A DNA stretch of 64,000 nucleotides from Octopus sinensis (Eukaryota): contig NW_021835959.1 of NCBI RefSeq assembly GCF_006345805.1, positions 62,001 to 126,000 of the forward strand. Direction: 5' to 3'. The notes below the pieces were generated by a model. That model did not search any database, was not told the origin of the DNA, and was given only the letters and a program-made list of their open reading frames with translations. The first letter of the stretch is position 1. Every line of letters begins with the position of its first letter. A program made the translations under genes and the position numbers. This document shows positions 23,169-37,317 of the stretch, piece by piece.

Positions 23169-26100
23169 TACATACTTCATCTTGACCAGCTGGATCTTCA
23201 GGCCATGCAGATTCTTACAAACTTCCAACAAACCCATTCTGTGTCCATTGATGACTTTCTATTGAGCAAACCTATAACTGAAAATAACCCACCAATGACC
23301 ATCCCACCATTTTTTCGAGATTACCTAATATGTCCCATTTTTTAATATGATAGGGGTGTAATTTGAGGAATATTCAGTTGCTATTTGTAGTAGGCTAACA
23401 GCTGTCTCATTGGCTCAGATCTTTGTGGTAGCCTAGGGTTAAGTGCATTTAGCTCTTACTGGTTTTGTGGTATGATGACAAATTGGAAGAAATTTAAGGG
23501 TTTTAGGTACTTTACATCTTGCATTGTAAACCCCATCATCAACTATTGCTTTCCCATCCTTTCAAAGGTTGATAAAATACCAGTCCAAAACTGTGGCTTG
23601 GTGGAAACATTGGTATTGGACAAAATGTTTTGTGGTATTTGTTCCAGATCTTTGCATTCTAATTTCTAAAGGTGTGGTGTGACAGACTTGTCTATACCTA
23701 GCCAGTGTAATAAAGGAATCAGAGACCACCTTTGTATTTTCCCACAAAAGTTCTCAGGAATAAACACATATCATGTCTAAAGGAAGACAGCAGGGGTGTT
23801 CATGACCCAACACAGAAAGGCCGGCTATTCAGACTATGCACTACTGTGTTGATAGTATTAACTCTGATTTGACCATCCTGTCTCAAAAAGATAGTTGTGT
23901 GGTTAACAAGTTTACTTCTTAAACATGTAGTTTCAAGTTTAATCCCATTCCATAGAACTTTTCCTTCTACTACAGCTTTGAACCTTGTGAAGGAATTTGG
24001 TAGGTGGAAACTGTAGTAAGCAACATGTGTGCATATATATGAATGAAAAGGTCAATGTTCTATGCTTGTCACCAGATGAGTGAATCAACCTGACCAATTT
24101 CAATCTGACACGTGAAATGAAAAGGCAAGTTCTAACTGCCAACCATAGCAACTCATAAATTACCAGCTTCTTCAACATGACTGGGTCCTTCATGTTCAGG
24201 GTCAGGAAAGAATAGGAAACGTACAGCGGGAACATGCCATGAATAGCCAAGAGAAAGAAATTTTCTCAGTAGTGAGAGGTCTCCAGGACAGTCAAATTCA
24301 GCCAGCAGGTCTAGGGTATCATAACCCCAACAGATTGAAAAGGGAATTGCAGAGAAGCTCAAAATAGCAAAATTCCACTATCAGATATGTAGTGAACAGG
24401 GACAACAGATACAAATTCTATAAGATGTGGAGTGAGCAATTAGTGTCCAGCAGGAGCCAGAACCTTGCAATCATGTGAACTTGAAGCATCCTGATTTGAA
24501 TGATCTAGATAGTTATGTTCGTGACATCATAGGTTGGGAGCATTGAACAGAAGGGATGCCTTAGGTGTTGTAGGCAGAATGGGAAGAAACCACCTGATTC
24601 TAGTATGCATCAGGACTGTCATTGAGGCTCAAGGCAATTTTGTTGAGTTTCTTTGATATATCTAGCGAAACTCATATACCCTGTACATATCTCCTATTTA
24701 GGTTCACTAACCTAAGAATTAAACTCATGCCAACCAGCTAAACTACAACACAACACACTCAAACTCTGGCAAAAAGTGTAATTAATATGATGGTTAGTAT
24801 TTCTCCTCTATCAACTATATATCCCCCACTATCACAAAAACTTATTTACTTCGCTCAAATTCAAGAGAAATTATGAGCGTCAGATATATTTCATGATAAC
24901 TAAAATAAGAAAAACAATAATACAAACACCTATAAATGCACATACAAACATATATAAATATATAAACATACACAAAGTACAGGGGCACACAAATACAGAG
25001 ATTCCGAAAAGGTAAAAAGAAAACATACTTAACAATACGTAGAATACGACTCTTTTTTCATAAGTCTATCTACGAAAGGACAAAAAGAAGCACAGTGCAG
25101 AATTATTATTTTCTAACGAAGTAGGGACAGCTTAATGAAAATTACCCGCTTTAACTAAAACTATGGAATTGTGGGAATATAACAAACGTTGAGTTTTACC
25201 TCCAAAGTCCACAAAGTGGCACTGAAATAAATGTTTAAATTGGTTACATGTGACACAACTCTATTACATGTATTAAGAAGTTGAAATACAAAGCGTGTCA
25301 AAATATATTGCAAGGGTTTCGTTTTGTTGTGAAGCCCCCAAGTCATATAAGACACACAAGCCATATATCTATTCAGTTTGGGGGTATTTTTTGGTTATTG
25401 TTGTTTATTTTCTTAATTCAGTAACAGTGTATTATGCCGAATAACTTCCAAAGAGTCATTTTCTGAACACAATTGGGAGTTGTTTTGAGAAGAGATTTAG
25501 ATGCTATTTCCAGAAGGTCGAGCATTCAGTCTTTAGCTCGTGTTTTTATTGTTGAGAGAAACGGTTATCTTTGTACGAAAAGGATATTAGTTGACTAATT
25601 CCATCAGTGGAATGTTAAAGAATTATCAAATGCGAGGTGAACTTGGAATGATATATATTCATATATTGGTAAGATAGCATCAATCGAAGTAAAATGCAAG
25701 TTCACTCTGGTATTCTGCTAGCCATGTTCGTCACCTTGATAATAACTGGCGGGATTTGAACTCATAACAGAAAAAGTGGCACAGGAAGTTTGCCTGGCGC
25801 TCTATGGATGCTAACACTAACAATAATATTTCTAATAATAGGCAGAAATCCACAAGTTTGGGGGGAATTTATGCAATTATTAAAATAGACCTCGGAAATG
25901 TGAAAGACAAAGTCAATCTCGATGGGATTTGAGCGCAGGGCGTTAAAGAACAACTAAATACCACAAAGCGTTTTATCCATCTCCTTACTCTGAAACTCCA
26001 ACACACCCCTAACAATAATAATTATTTTCTAACATGGCACAAGATTAGAAATTTAGGGGAAATATTATTCAATTAACTCGATACCAGTTTTTCACTGGGA

Positions 26101-26549
26101 TTTTATCAACCCGGAAGAATAAAAGACAAATTCTATCACGGAAAAATTTGAGGCCAAAATACAAACACTGATAATTTCCTTCGACTAAACACGAGGGAAT
26201 TTTTGAAAAAGGGTGGGAAATGTATAGGTGACTAAGTAACCCTGAAGTATCCGGCTCATCCCGCCTTACCTACTTAAAAAATGGGAATTATACAAACTAG
26301 TGGGAGAGCTTCTGCCAAACAAATAGATAATTAAATGTATAGCATTTAAATTTCCCTCAACACTATTGTCTATAAAGTAGTGGAGAGAGACAACTAAGAA
26401 ACTTCATACACGGTCAGCACAGAGTAACACTCAACCCCTACGAACTTTAAAATAAAGACCAACCGTTTTAAATGCTATATAGTAGGACAATGATATACAA
26501 TAAAGCTATAAAATTAACAAAACAATTACGTAATAGCTACACCTGTTCT

Positions 26550-27100
26550 ATAGTCCTCCAAAAGTAAATCTGAGCAGATGGCAACCGATCAACAACGAAT
26601 AGGGGGTCTATATTTAAAGATTATGCGCGCTGATTTCGCAACCAAAGTTTGATTAACGCATGAAAGACTTTTCACTACACTCGCGTCTCAAATTTCTATT
26701 CTCATCCGATCGATCTGACCAGAGTAATAAATGTATATTATGCATATTCTTATAATATACTTACAAACAACTTTGTAAAGCCCGTCGATAATATTTCGGT
26801 AGAAATTTAGTTTGTTTCTTTCACACTCCCTTTTATAACTCCCGCCTTCGGAACAATTATTGATAGCCGTAGTTTCGTATTCTGATCTTGCGTAAGATAT
26901 TTACTTTGGTGATCTCTGCCTAAACACTAACGTTCACCGTAATATTATATAATCGCTGCACATGGTAAATTCGATTATCTGAAGTTTTAAAAATACTAAT
27001 CGATGAGCGAGTTTCAAAATTTTCTCTTTTCTACGTAACACCGGTAACGTACGTTACATGTTCCTAATATAATTTCATTCATTCAGAATAGTCTTTGAGT
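26550..27100 (-). promoter_or_regulatory. Probable promoter and non-coding first exon of the second minus-strand gene (donor at 26764)
   Basis: Local peak of CpG/CGCG in otherwise CpG-poor DNA. Consensus donor ttgttt|gtaagt at 26765/26764. Confidence 0.45.
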
Positions 27101-28200
27101 GTTTCAACTTACTTCTCCTCTTATCCAGACTTTCGTCGTAAAATCGAAAGTACTGTCGAGCAAAATAATTATTATGTTAAAATTAGGAAACCTGTACATG
27201 TCCACGTTTTATGCTAAAAATAACAGCCAAATCATCTCCTTAGCAAAATATTCTGTAAGGCACCGCCGAAAAAGTAAAAAGCATAAATTCACTGTTCGAT
27301 TTAAGCAATTCTTCGTACCCGTTAATTTTTACTATTGTTCTTCATTTAACACCTATGATCATTTATTAAGTCTGCACAAAATGGTAAAAGGTTATATTGA
27401 AACTATATACTGTTCTGAGAGAAGTTGCATTGTACCAAATGTGCAAATATTGTAATACATGTCTGCTCTACACTTTTATAAAGAATTGATTTCTGTTGTA
27501 GGAACTGGAAAATTTAGTCTTGTATTAGAGGAATCCGAAAATAACACTGCTAACAATCTCCTGAGAATGTCATAATATACTTCAATAACAATTACAAACA
27601 AGTTATGCATATATATTTTGATTTGGTGCTTAGAGAAGTGTAATGCTTATTGTTCTACAGATGTTTTATAGTTACAAAAAAAAAAGACAAAAAGCTAGTG
27701 ATAAAGAAATTAAGCGTGAAAAATTGTGGGCTGTAGATGTTGTTGATTCGTTTTCCAACTTATTCACATCTTTCGTTATCATTTAAGGCCACAACATATT
27801 GTTTTATTTGATTATATTTGTTTTTTCTTGAAGGCGGTGAGCTGATAGCACACTGGGCGAATTGCTTGGCGTATTTCGTCTGTCTTTACGTTCTGAGTTC
27901 AAATTCCACCGAGGTCGACTTTGCCTTTCATCCTTTCAGGATCGATAAATTAAGTACCAGTTGCGTACCGGGATCGATCTAATTGACTGGCCCCCTCCCA
28001 CAAAATTTCGGGCCTTATACCTAGAGTAGAAAAGTATATTTGGTTTTTCTTCGATTAAGTCTTTTCATGTTTATTTTTTATAACTTAAGAATATTTCCAG
28101 TTTTACTTTTATTTCTATTGTTATTTAGGGATTGGTTTATTTTTCTGGTAATCTTTTGTGTTAATATTGTCTATGACACAACCAATTCATAACTTCTTAA

Positions 28201-29450
28201 CCCTTTTAAAACAGTTGACATAAATTTACACACACTAAGTACATGCTTTAAGTCGGCCGACATAATTATAAGCCGCCTGATTTAGTACCTGTTGCCTGAG
28301 TTAGTACTGGTCCACCAGTACTAATGACAGGCCGGTTAGAGGTTTCATCTAAATATTTACAACCCGATAGGCAGGTCCTGCCACTCTGGCTCTATCAACT
28401 TTAGTCATTGCATCCAGTTTCATCCAATTTATGGTCGTCATGTCCTACCACTCCAGCTCCATCAACTTCATTGTTGCATCTTGTTTCATCGAATTTACGG
28501 TTGTCACACCAAGCTCCACCGCCTCGCTAGTTATTTCTTCCAATTCTGAAGATGACTCAGAGAGTAAGTACTTTCCTAGTTCGGAATCAGATGATGATAT
28601 TCTGGTGAATCAAAATACTGCTTGCCCTTCTGATACTGATGGGCATCATGAAGAAATCAACCTTGACATCATATTGAAATCAAGATCCAGCCACATTGAC
28701 ACCTTTCTTTCTGGAAACGATGCCACTTGATGGACTTTTGGTGCTTCTTCGAAATCTACATTTCAACTCAGGCAAGAACCAGGATGACAGGCTGCACAAA
28801 ATATGCCCTATTGTAGTGGCTGAAAATTTCAGAACGATGTATGTCCCCACACAACACATTTGTACAAATGAGAGTTTGTGGAAATTCAAGGGAAGGATCC
28901 GATTCGAACCATACAACCTGACCAAGTGTGCCCAGTTTGGAATCGAGGTTTATAATGTATGCCAGACAACTGGCAGAGCTTGTGGGTACATTTGGACTTA
29001 CAAAATCTACACTGGTCAGGACAGATTGGTTCTTTCAGTGTCTATTCGAGCATCAACTGATGTCATGTTGTTGCTGAATGAAAACTTGTTTGACAAAGGC
29101 TACAATTTTTATATGGACAACTGGTTTTCCAGTCCAGACCTCTTCCTGCAGATGAGGAGGACTAATTCCTGTGGGACTGTGAAGATGCACAGGAAAAACA
29201 TGCCACCAGATCTTCAGAAGATAAAACTTCTAAGTGGGAAGCAGTATACCAATGCACTGATATTGGCATTCTTGTTCTAGTGTAGCATTCTGCAAGCATG
29301 AAGGACACTAGGAAACAAGATGCAGACGGTGATGCTATAATGAAACCAGGTGTAGTTGTTTCATACAACGAAGGGATAGGCAGGGTCGATTGCTCAGATC
29401 AGCAGGTGATAACACACAAATCAGTGAGAAATCACAATATGCTGTGCTTG
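28201..29450 (+). mobile_element. Decayed piggyBac element (PGBD4-like transposase pseudogene), 3'-truncated
   Basis: TTAA|CCC left end at 28197-28203 and an acidic N-terminus. Motifs LHF...DRLHKICPI, ESLWKFKGR, GYIWTYKIYTG, GYNFYMDNWFSSPDLF, CGTVK..RK, KPGVVVSYN..IGRVDCSDQ. Confidence 0.88.
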
Positions 29451-30634
29451 AGAAGGTAAAAATGGGCTTCTATCAAACCTTCTCCAAAAACTCATCTTCT
29501 AACACCAATTCTCCCATCAATCTTCTGCAGTATCCTATTTCTTTCCTTCACTTCCCCTCCACTGAACTGCCGTTCTCTGTGTACAATTCATTCTCTGTCT
29601 CTCATCATTTGTCATGCTATACCAATACTAATAGTACCATTTTTAATAAATTACAAGAGTCGATGAAAGAATCTCCATGTTGTTGCTCCATCCCTTAGAA
29701 ATAACAGCTAAATTACATTAAATCACATTGTATCATAGCCATTGTCTTTTAATGTCTGTTCTCCATGCTGGCAAGGGTTGGACGGTTTGACAAGCTGGTT
29801 AGCTAGAGAGCTGCCCAGACTCTGTTGGTCTGTTTCGGCTGGGTTTCTACATCTGAATGCCTTTCCTAATGCCAATCACTTTACAGAGTATGCTGCATAC
29901 TTTTTATGTGGTACTGGTACAGATGCTTTTACGTTGCACCATCACAAGCACTTTTATGTAGCACCAGCATGGGCACTTTTACATGGCAGAGGCATGGCTG
30001 CTCTAATGTGGCACTGGCACGAGTGCTTTTACATGGCACCAGTAGCCACAAGCCCACAAGACAAGAATCTCCTGGCTGAGAGAGGGATGTAGAGGACATG
30101 CTCGTATGCATGAACAGCCACAATTTTACTTAGCTTGGTGTGTCATCTCAAGCACAGCAAACTGACAGAAGTCTTGGTCACTTGTCATCTCCTCTGTGAG
30201 GTCCAATATCTGAAGATCTTTTCTCACCACTTCATTTTCAAAAAAGCAAAAACAAAAAACACAAAATACAATGTAGATATGACCAAAAACATCCCTATTG
30301 TTGACCATATTGTTTTTTTATATAAGTCTGTTCACTTAGGGCTGACCTGAAGTTAAAGAAGTCTGATAGGTAATAACATCAAAATATAACAGAACATAAG
30401 ACTGGAGCCTGGTGCAGCCTTCTGGCTTCCCAGATCCCCGGTCGAACCGTCCAACCCATGCTATCATGGAGAACGGACGTTAAACGATGATGATGATGAT
30501 AAAATACAAATTAAGGAGACAACAGAGAAAAAACACAACACAATGCATTTAAAAAAAAAATAAATACACAGTTTTTAATATATCACAGGTAATGGCAAAT
30601 CAACATGATTAGTGTTCACTTTAGGTAATGTCCA

Positions 30635-30894
30635 TCATAAACGATCTTCTTCATTAACTCGTTCTATGAGGCTCTTGTATTCCAGTTCAAAGCAATAAAT
30701 ACGAATATGAGGGTAGTCCTTCTGTAATTGAAATAGGAAAGTTGACTCCACTTTTTCACATGAAAACAGACCAAGAAAGTAAAGTTGGGTACAGTTTTCA
30801 GACACAAAGTTTACTCCTTTATTGGTAATGTTGCTACAGAAACTGACATCAAGTTGTTCCAGTTTACTGCTATGCTTGGCAATAGCTATGAGGG
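30635..30894 (-). CDS. FBXL17: FBXL17-like terminal exon 7
   Basis: ttttcttccag|(A)LIAIAKHSSKLEQLDVSFCSNITNKGVNFVSENCTQLYFLGLFSCEKVESTFLFQLQKDYPHIRIYCFELEYKSLIERVNEEDRL*. Closely parallels the vertebrate FBXL17 C-terminus as recalled (ALIAIGRYS...LGLMRCDKV...QQYPHI). ATTAAA lies about 60 bp downstream. Confidence 0.92.
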
Positions 30895-32219
30895 CTGGAA
30901 GAAAAGAAAAGAGAAAGGTCAAACCAAACAGACTATCAGTAATATTAGTTTGAAGTTTTGGCACAAGGACAGCAATTTTAGGGGAGCGGTTAAGTCAATT
31001 ACATCGACCCCAATCGATGTAATTGACTGTCAACTCTGAAAAGGTGAAAGGTAGAGGGGACATTGGTAGAATTTGAACTCAGAATGTACAGATGGATGAA
31101 ATGCTGCTAAAGATTTTGCCTGGCATGCTAACAAACCTCCCAGCTCAATGCCTTACAAGAATATCAATATTGGATGTTGTAAATATGAGATTAAAAGAGA
31201 GTGGGGTAAAAAAAAACACAGACAGGACTTCAACCATATCTATCATTTGCAGAGTGTCTTATAATCACTAATAGAGTTGCCTGGCAGAAGACAAGAGACA
31301 TTGATTGATACATATCAGTCAGTCTTTCACTTTAATACTTATCAGTGATATGAAATTTTAGCTGTTAATACAACGGAATACCATTTTTACTTCTTTTCCT
31401 GAAGTGACCACCTGGGTGCTATTTCTCCATATCTTGTACTATCAACAGACTTTACTGAAGCAATGACATTTTATTCTTAGTTGCCTGCCTGTCCAATGAC
31501 CATAGAAAAATAATGGTTCGTTTTCAGAGAGTTCTTTGGGATCCATTGTAGACCTGTTAGTAAAATACTGTTCAAGTGGATAGCTCTGTGACATGGGCCA
31601 CTGCTAGTCTTCGATAAACAACCTTGCCCGGACTTGTGCCTCAGAAGGTAACTTTCTAGGTGAAATCCCATCATCATTCATGACTGAAGAGAGTCTTCCT
31701 ATACAGTTGCAAACAGATGTGGACACCTGCTTGACTCTCAACCCTTTAACTCAACAGCACATCAAGGATATGACAGATAGGAAGGAGAAAAGGTTGCACC
31801 AGCACTCAGCAGACTGGAGTAATGTGAAATGAAGTGCCTTGCTCAGGACACATTGTACTGTTCAGTCAAGGAATTATGACCATAAGCTAAAGACCCAAAA
31901 CAACTAGGTTACATGCCTTCAAACACATCCTACATTAATTCTGGTATCTGTGTGTGTGTGTGTGTGTGCATGATTGTTTAAACATTTCTGAAAAGTGCTG
32001 AGCTACAGGTGTCAAATGATATTATTTTCCATGTCAACAAATTGCTTGAAGATTTTTGTGCATTCAGAGGCATGTGAAATAAAAGATCCCTTACTTGTAA
32101 AAAAAAAACAAACAAACAAAAGGTTAGCTTTACTGCAGGCTATTAACTTCAGAAATTACTAGAGTAAATGATAAAAACTTCAACTGACTCAATCAAAAAT
32201 TATGGAAGCAAACACTTAC

Positions 32220-32424
32220 CTTTGTCAGTAATGTTGCAACGTATACACTTTAGAATCCTGAGATTGCGAGCATTCTGCACCACAGCTGTTATGCAGTCGT
32301 CATCAACACAATCATTAAAACAAAGGGACAGTGTTTGTAGTTTCAAACAATGTTTGGCAACTTCTTTGGCTGTGGTTGATGACATGTTGACAGAATTTAA
32401 ATAAACATGCTTCAAATTGGGTAA
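32220..32424 (-). CDS. FBXL17: FBXL17-like exon 6 (LRR)
   Basis: tcttttgcag|LPNLKHVYLNSVNMSSTTAKEVAKHCLKLQTLSLCFNDCVDDDCITAVVQNARNLRILKCIRCNITDK-G|gtaagt. 205 bp, phase 0 to 1. Confidence 0.92.
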
Positions 32425-33585
32425 CTGCAAAAGATATAATAAGCATCGTCATTATTATCATCTTTTACCTTTCACTTATTTCAGTCATTTGACTGCAGCC
32501 ATGCTGGGGCATTACCTTGAAGGATTTTAGATGAATATATGAACCCAAGGACTGATTGTTTTAAGCCCAGTAATTATTCCATTGGTTCCTTTTACCAAAC
32601 AGCTAAATTATGGGGACATAAACACCGGTTGTCAAGTGATGGTGGGGGACAAACACAGATACAAAGACATGCACAGATATATATATATATGTATATATGA
32701 CGGGCTTCTTTCAGTTTCTGTCTACCAAATCCATTCACAAGGCTCTGGTCGAGCCAAGGTTATAGTAGATGACACTTGCACAAGGTGCCATGCACTGAGA
32801 CCAAACCCGGAAGCATGTGGTTGGGTAGCAAGAGCTTCTTACCACACCAGCACCTACATTTGTTTTTACATTTTGGCACACAATGAATCAATGCGACTCA
32901 AAGTGTGTATTACCACCAGTTACTTATCATTCATCATTTCAGCTGCAAAGCCTAATATCCTGAGATCTAACCTCCACCACTTCTAGATTTTTATCTATCA
33001 TAGATACCCTCTACTATCAATACAATAGCACTCGATATCCATTCTAAAAAAAACATTAATACCAGCACCACAACCACATCCTTGCATACATCAACGGATG
33101 TTTTTAATGCCCAGTAAGTCACCTGGCTTACTTGTGCTCTGAAACAAGTGAATAACAATATCAGATTCAGTGTGAAAAATTACATCAAGATACCAAATTT
33201 TAAAAATTTTCACTTAATTAAAAAATTAGAGAAAAGATTCCTGGTTTTCTCACCAAAAGACACAAACACACACACATATACCATTGTTTTACCATCCAGC
33301 TTTCCATGCTCGCATGGGTTGAACAGAATTTGTTGAGGTAAACTTATGGTCAACCCTCACCTATTTCCAAATACGGTAATATTTCTCAACATGCTGCATG
33401 ACAGGAAAATCAATTCATGACCATTAAGCAATATCAAAACAAGAAGGCATCAACTTGCAAACAACACACAAATATACACACTCACACACACAGATATGTG
33501 TATGTATATATGTGTATATTGTATACATATATGTATGTATGTATGTGTACATATATGTATTTGCATGCACATATATATATATATA

Positions 33586-33794
33586 GTATAAAAGATCGTG
33601 GGTAAGGCCAAAACAATGCAAAGTAAATGCAAGGTAAAGCACAAGAAAACAAATATGTGAAATTCGTCTATTTTTTTGAAAATGGGGTCATAACCCCGAA
33701 ATATTGAATACAAGGTAAGTCTACATTAATTAACACCTTTGTTTTCTTGTGATTTACTCTGCATTGTTTTGGCCTTGCCCCCAATCCTTTATAC
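33586..33794. repeat. Inverted repeat with about 60-bp arms
   Basis: aaggccaaaacaatgcaaagtaaa...cacaagaaaacaaa versus tttgttttcttgtgatttactctgcattgttttggcctt. Confidence 0.65.
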
Positions 33795-34029
33795 AATATA
33801 TTCTACACAATGCTTCATAGTAATTATTCCTATATATATGTGTGTGTGTACACAGGTGAGCACATAAGTGAAAAACAAGGTGAAAAAATAGTACTCGAAT
33901 ACCAAAGGTAAAGTAATATACTTTTAACTGAAGCTGCAAAATTATCACAAGACTGTTACTCAGAGTTTCACATTCCCATTCACTGAATAATTGTGAGGTA
34001 TGTGTATACATACATGTGTGTGTATGTAT

Positions 34030-34088
<59 letters not shown>

Positions 34089-35106
34089 TATGATGAACTT
34101 ACAGTTTCCATCAACTAAATCTACTCACAAGCTTTGATTGGCCTGAGGCTATAGTAGACATTTGCCCATGGTGCCATGAAATGGACTGAACCTGGAACCC
34201 ATTGATTGAAAAACAAGCTTTTTAACCATACAGTCATATGTGATAGGCTTCCACAGAATTTGCGTTAATCAAATTCCATTTATAAGACATTGGCCAACCT
34301 GAAGGTTTGGTAGAAGACATATGGCTAATGTGTCACATTAGGATCAAATCTAGCCACACCTACACATTGCTGTTAACTTATTCCTGTACTCGTGGTTATT
34401 TATCTAAATTGTGATTCTCCGTCAACCTACCTGATTGTCTATTCTTATTTATGTGTCCTTTTCAAGCCTAGCCAGGCTCATGAGCCCGGTTTCCATGAGG
34501 TATGTGTTCCCCCCAGCTGGATGGGACGCCAGTCCATCACAGCATTACTCGAGAAACAGGAAGAAAGAGTGAGAAAAAGTTGGGGTGAAAGAGTACAACA
34601 GGGGTCGCCACCACCCCCTGCTGGAGCCTCGTGGAGCTTTAGGTGTTTTTGCTCAATAAACACACACAACGCCCAGTCTGGGAATTGAAACCGCTATCCT
34701 CTGACCACAAGTCCGCTGCCCTAACCACTGGGCCATTGCACCTCCATACCAGATTGTCTATGGAAGCTCTTATATACCAAATTGCTAATATTGAGATTCT
34801 ACTTTCTCCTTCTCTATTATATCAAGCAAAAACACTTCCCAGATGGTACCATGATATTGTAAAATTTATTACTTCAATTTTTGCTACCTGAGCCTTCCTT
34901 CACCTATAGCTCTTCACAGAATACTATGAGATGGCTGTTATTAGGATATTAAATTAACAAGGAAATTCAGTCCTTATGAACAGTAGTAGGCTGGAGATAG
35001 AGCACTGGTGAATGCCTACCTGTACACTAAATTCATTAGTGGTCGTTGTCATTCCTAACCTTGTTTTACTTTCACACAAACAAAAGAAAAAAGAACTGGA
35101 ACTTAC

Positions 35107-35208
35107 ATGACACAAGTTGACTAGATGGCTGTCTGTGAGAGGGCAGTCAGAAAGATTGACATTTTCAAGTTGTTTACAATTCTGTAACATCCTAGCAAGG
35201 GAGTCAAC
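35107..35208 (-). CDS. FBXL17: FBXL17-like exon 5 (LRR)
   Basis: tctttgttttag|VDSLARMLQNCKQLENVNLSDCPLTDSHLVNLCH|gtaagt. 102 bp, phase 0 to 0. Confidence 0.9.
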
Positions 35209-35996
35209 CTAAAACAAAGAATGGATATATCACAATACGTAGAATATACATGGAGATTTAAATAACCTTGCCATCTGCTATGTCATCATCATTGCTTTAA
35301 TGTCCAATTTTTTCACACTTGCGTAAGTCAGATGGAAGTTATCAGGCAGATTTTCTACAGCCAGATGCTCTTTCTGTTGCCAACTTTTACCAATTTCCAA
35401 GCAATGGAATCTCCCCATTCATGCTTAGACCATGCTTTTATAGAATATTGGAAATGAATGATGTTCATTAACAACAATCACGTTTCATAGAAACAAGGAG
35501 GTTCAAATATACACACACTCGTACATACATACTGTGAAGACACATGGCTCAATGGTTAGAGCGTTGAACTTAGAACTGTGAGGTTGTGAATTCAAATCCT
35601 GGACTGGGCTGCGTGTTGTGTTCTTGAGCAAGACACTTTATTTCACGTTGCTACAGTCCACTCAGCTGTAGAAATGAGTTGCAACGTCACGAGTGCCAAG
35701 CTGTATCAGCCCCTTTGCCTTTCCCTTGGATAACATCAGTGGTGTAGAGAGGGGAGCTGGTATGCATGGGTGACTGCTGGCCTTCCATAAACAACTTTGC
35801 CCGGACTTGTGCCTCACAGAGTAACTTTCTAGGTGCAATCCCATGGTCATTCATTACAAGTTTTTACCTTTTGCCTAAGTTTAAAATACTAAATTGTACT
35901 TGCAAGTAAACTACAGAGCATCATAAACTACAAGTGAAAAAAATTTTTTAATAGAAATCCCATCATACAGATAAATGAGGAACAATATAGACTTAC

Positions 35997-36122
35997 AGCA
36001 TCACAATGAGATAAGTTAATTAATTTCAGACGTGTACAGTAGTTGGCCATAGTGTCGACAGTTTCAGCATTTAAATGCCAACCAAAGCTGAGATGTGTGA
36101 TACGCGGACAGTTATGAAATAT
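35997..36122 (-). CDS. FBXL17: FBXL17-like exon 4 (LRR)
   Basis: ctttttatttttag|IFHNCPRITHLSFGWHLNAETVDTMANYCTRLKLINLSHCDA|gtaagt. 126 bp, phase 0 to 0. Confidence 0.9.
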
Positions 36123-37088
36123 CTAAAAATAAAAAGAATTTTTTTTTTAAGTTTATTTTGCAGAACCAAGATAAAAATGAGGAAACCATAAAGAGCTTAA
36201 GCATCAGTTAAACTTTGTAAACGGCTAAAAGGTTTAACAAACAAGGACCAAAATTTTTGGTGAGGGAACCAGGCAATTAGATCAACCCCAGTATGTAACT
36301 GGTACTTAATTTATCAACCCCGAAAAGATGAAAGACAAAGTCAACTTCGGCGGAATTTGAACTCAGAATATAAAGTTATGAAACAAATAAAAAAAAAAAT
36401 TTTTTTTAATAAATGCACTTATGATGGGAGGATTTTTTTTTGTTCTGGTTAGATGACCAAAGATAAAAATTCTTGTTCTATTCCTCATAAGGATATTTAG
36501 TAGCTCTAACACAATACCACAAAACTATTAAAGATACAAAATTATATGTCACCATTTACATTTCTTTAGTTTTATATTATTTAATAAAATATTACATTAT
36601 TAATATAAAATATAAATATACAATTGAATTATATTAATATATTTCACTTATTTAAATGGATTCAATGGTTGCTTCATTGACTGTTCATTTTAGATTCAAT
36701 AAATACATAATGCTTAGGTTAGCAGAGAACCTGTAAAGGGGTCATATGACCTGCTAGAAAGAGCAGCCAAGTCACCATCAAGATACACTCTACTACCTTG
36801 AAAATACAGGGTCACAAAGGATAATGTAGTCCAAGATATGCAATGAAAGAAAGGAGAGATTGGGCATAAATGGGACACCTTTGATCAAAGGTCTACTTGG
36901 TCAGGACAGACAAGGTTCACATTACAAGAAAAACATACTTCCTTGATTTATGTAATGAAAATAATAGAGTTTAAATAAAATGTTTCAGGTCTAAAAGCTA
37001 CAACTGGATTGATAGGGAATCAGCTTATCAGATTCATAGTTATCCCATATCATTGGAGTTAAATTCTTATCTTGATAATCACCCAACT

Positions 37089-37317
37089 TTAATCCTTTAG
37101 CATTTAAACCGACCAAATCCAGTCAAAATATTCTACCAGTTTTATGTTCAAACCAGCTGGATCTGGCCTCTCATACCTACCCTAGATTGTCATTCTAAAA
37201 ATCAACAATCACATCACTGAAATCTCAACGCCATAAAATAATGCACGATTAATTAAAAACAATATGAATAAATAAGTACAACATTTGACAAGAGTAATCT
37301 GAATGTGAAAGGGTTAA
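37089..37317 (+). mobile_element. piggyBac-type MITE (family also at about 37569-37953, 40788-41000 and, reversed, 4400-4955)
   Basis: ttaa-(c/t)cctttagcatttaaac...tgaaaggg-ttaa termini. Several copies are interrupted by SINE/LINE insertions. Confidence 0.7.

Noticed and set aside
23940-24700. Possible exon or LINE relic (GC-elevated stretch)
   Set aside because: No convincing motif or paired splice sites that I can support.
28696-29280. Domesticated PGBD gene
   Set aside because: Frameshifts and stops flank the ORF, the first catalytic Asp is altered (TNES), and the 3' end is missing.
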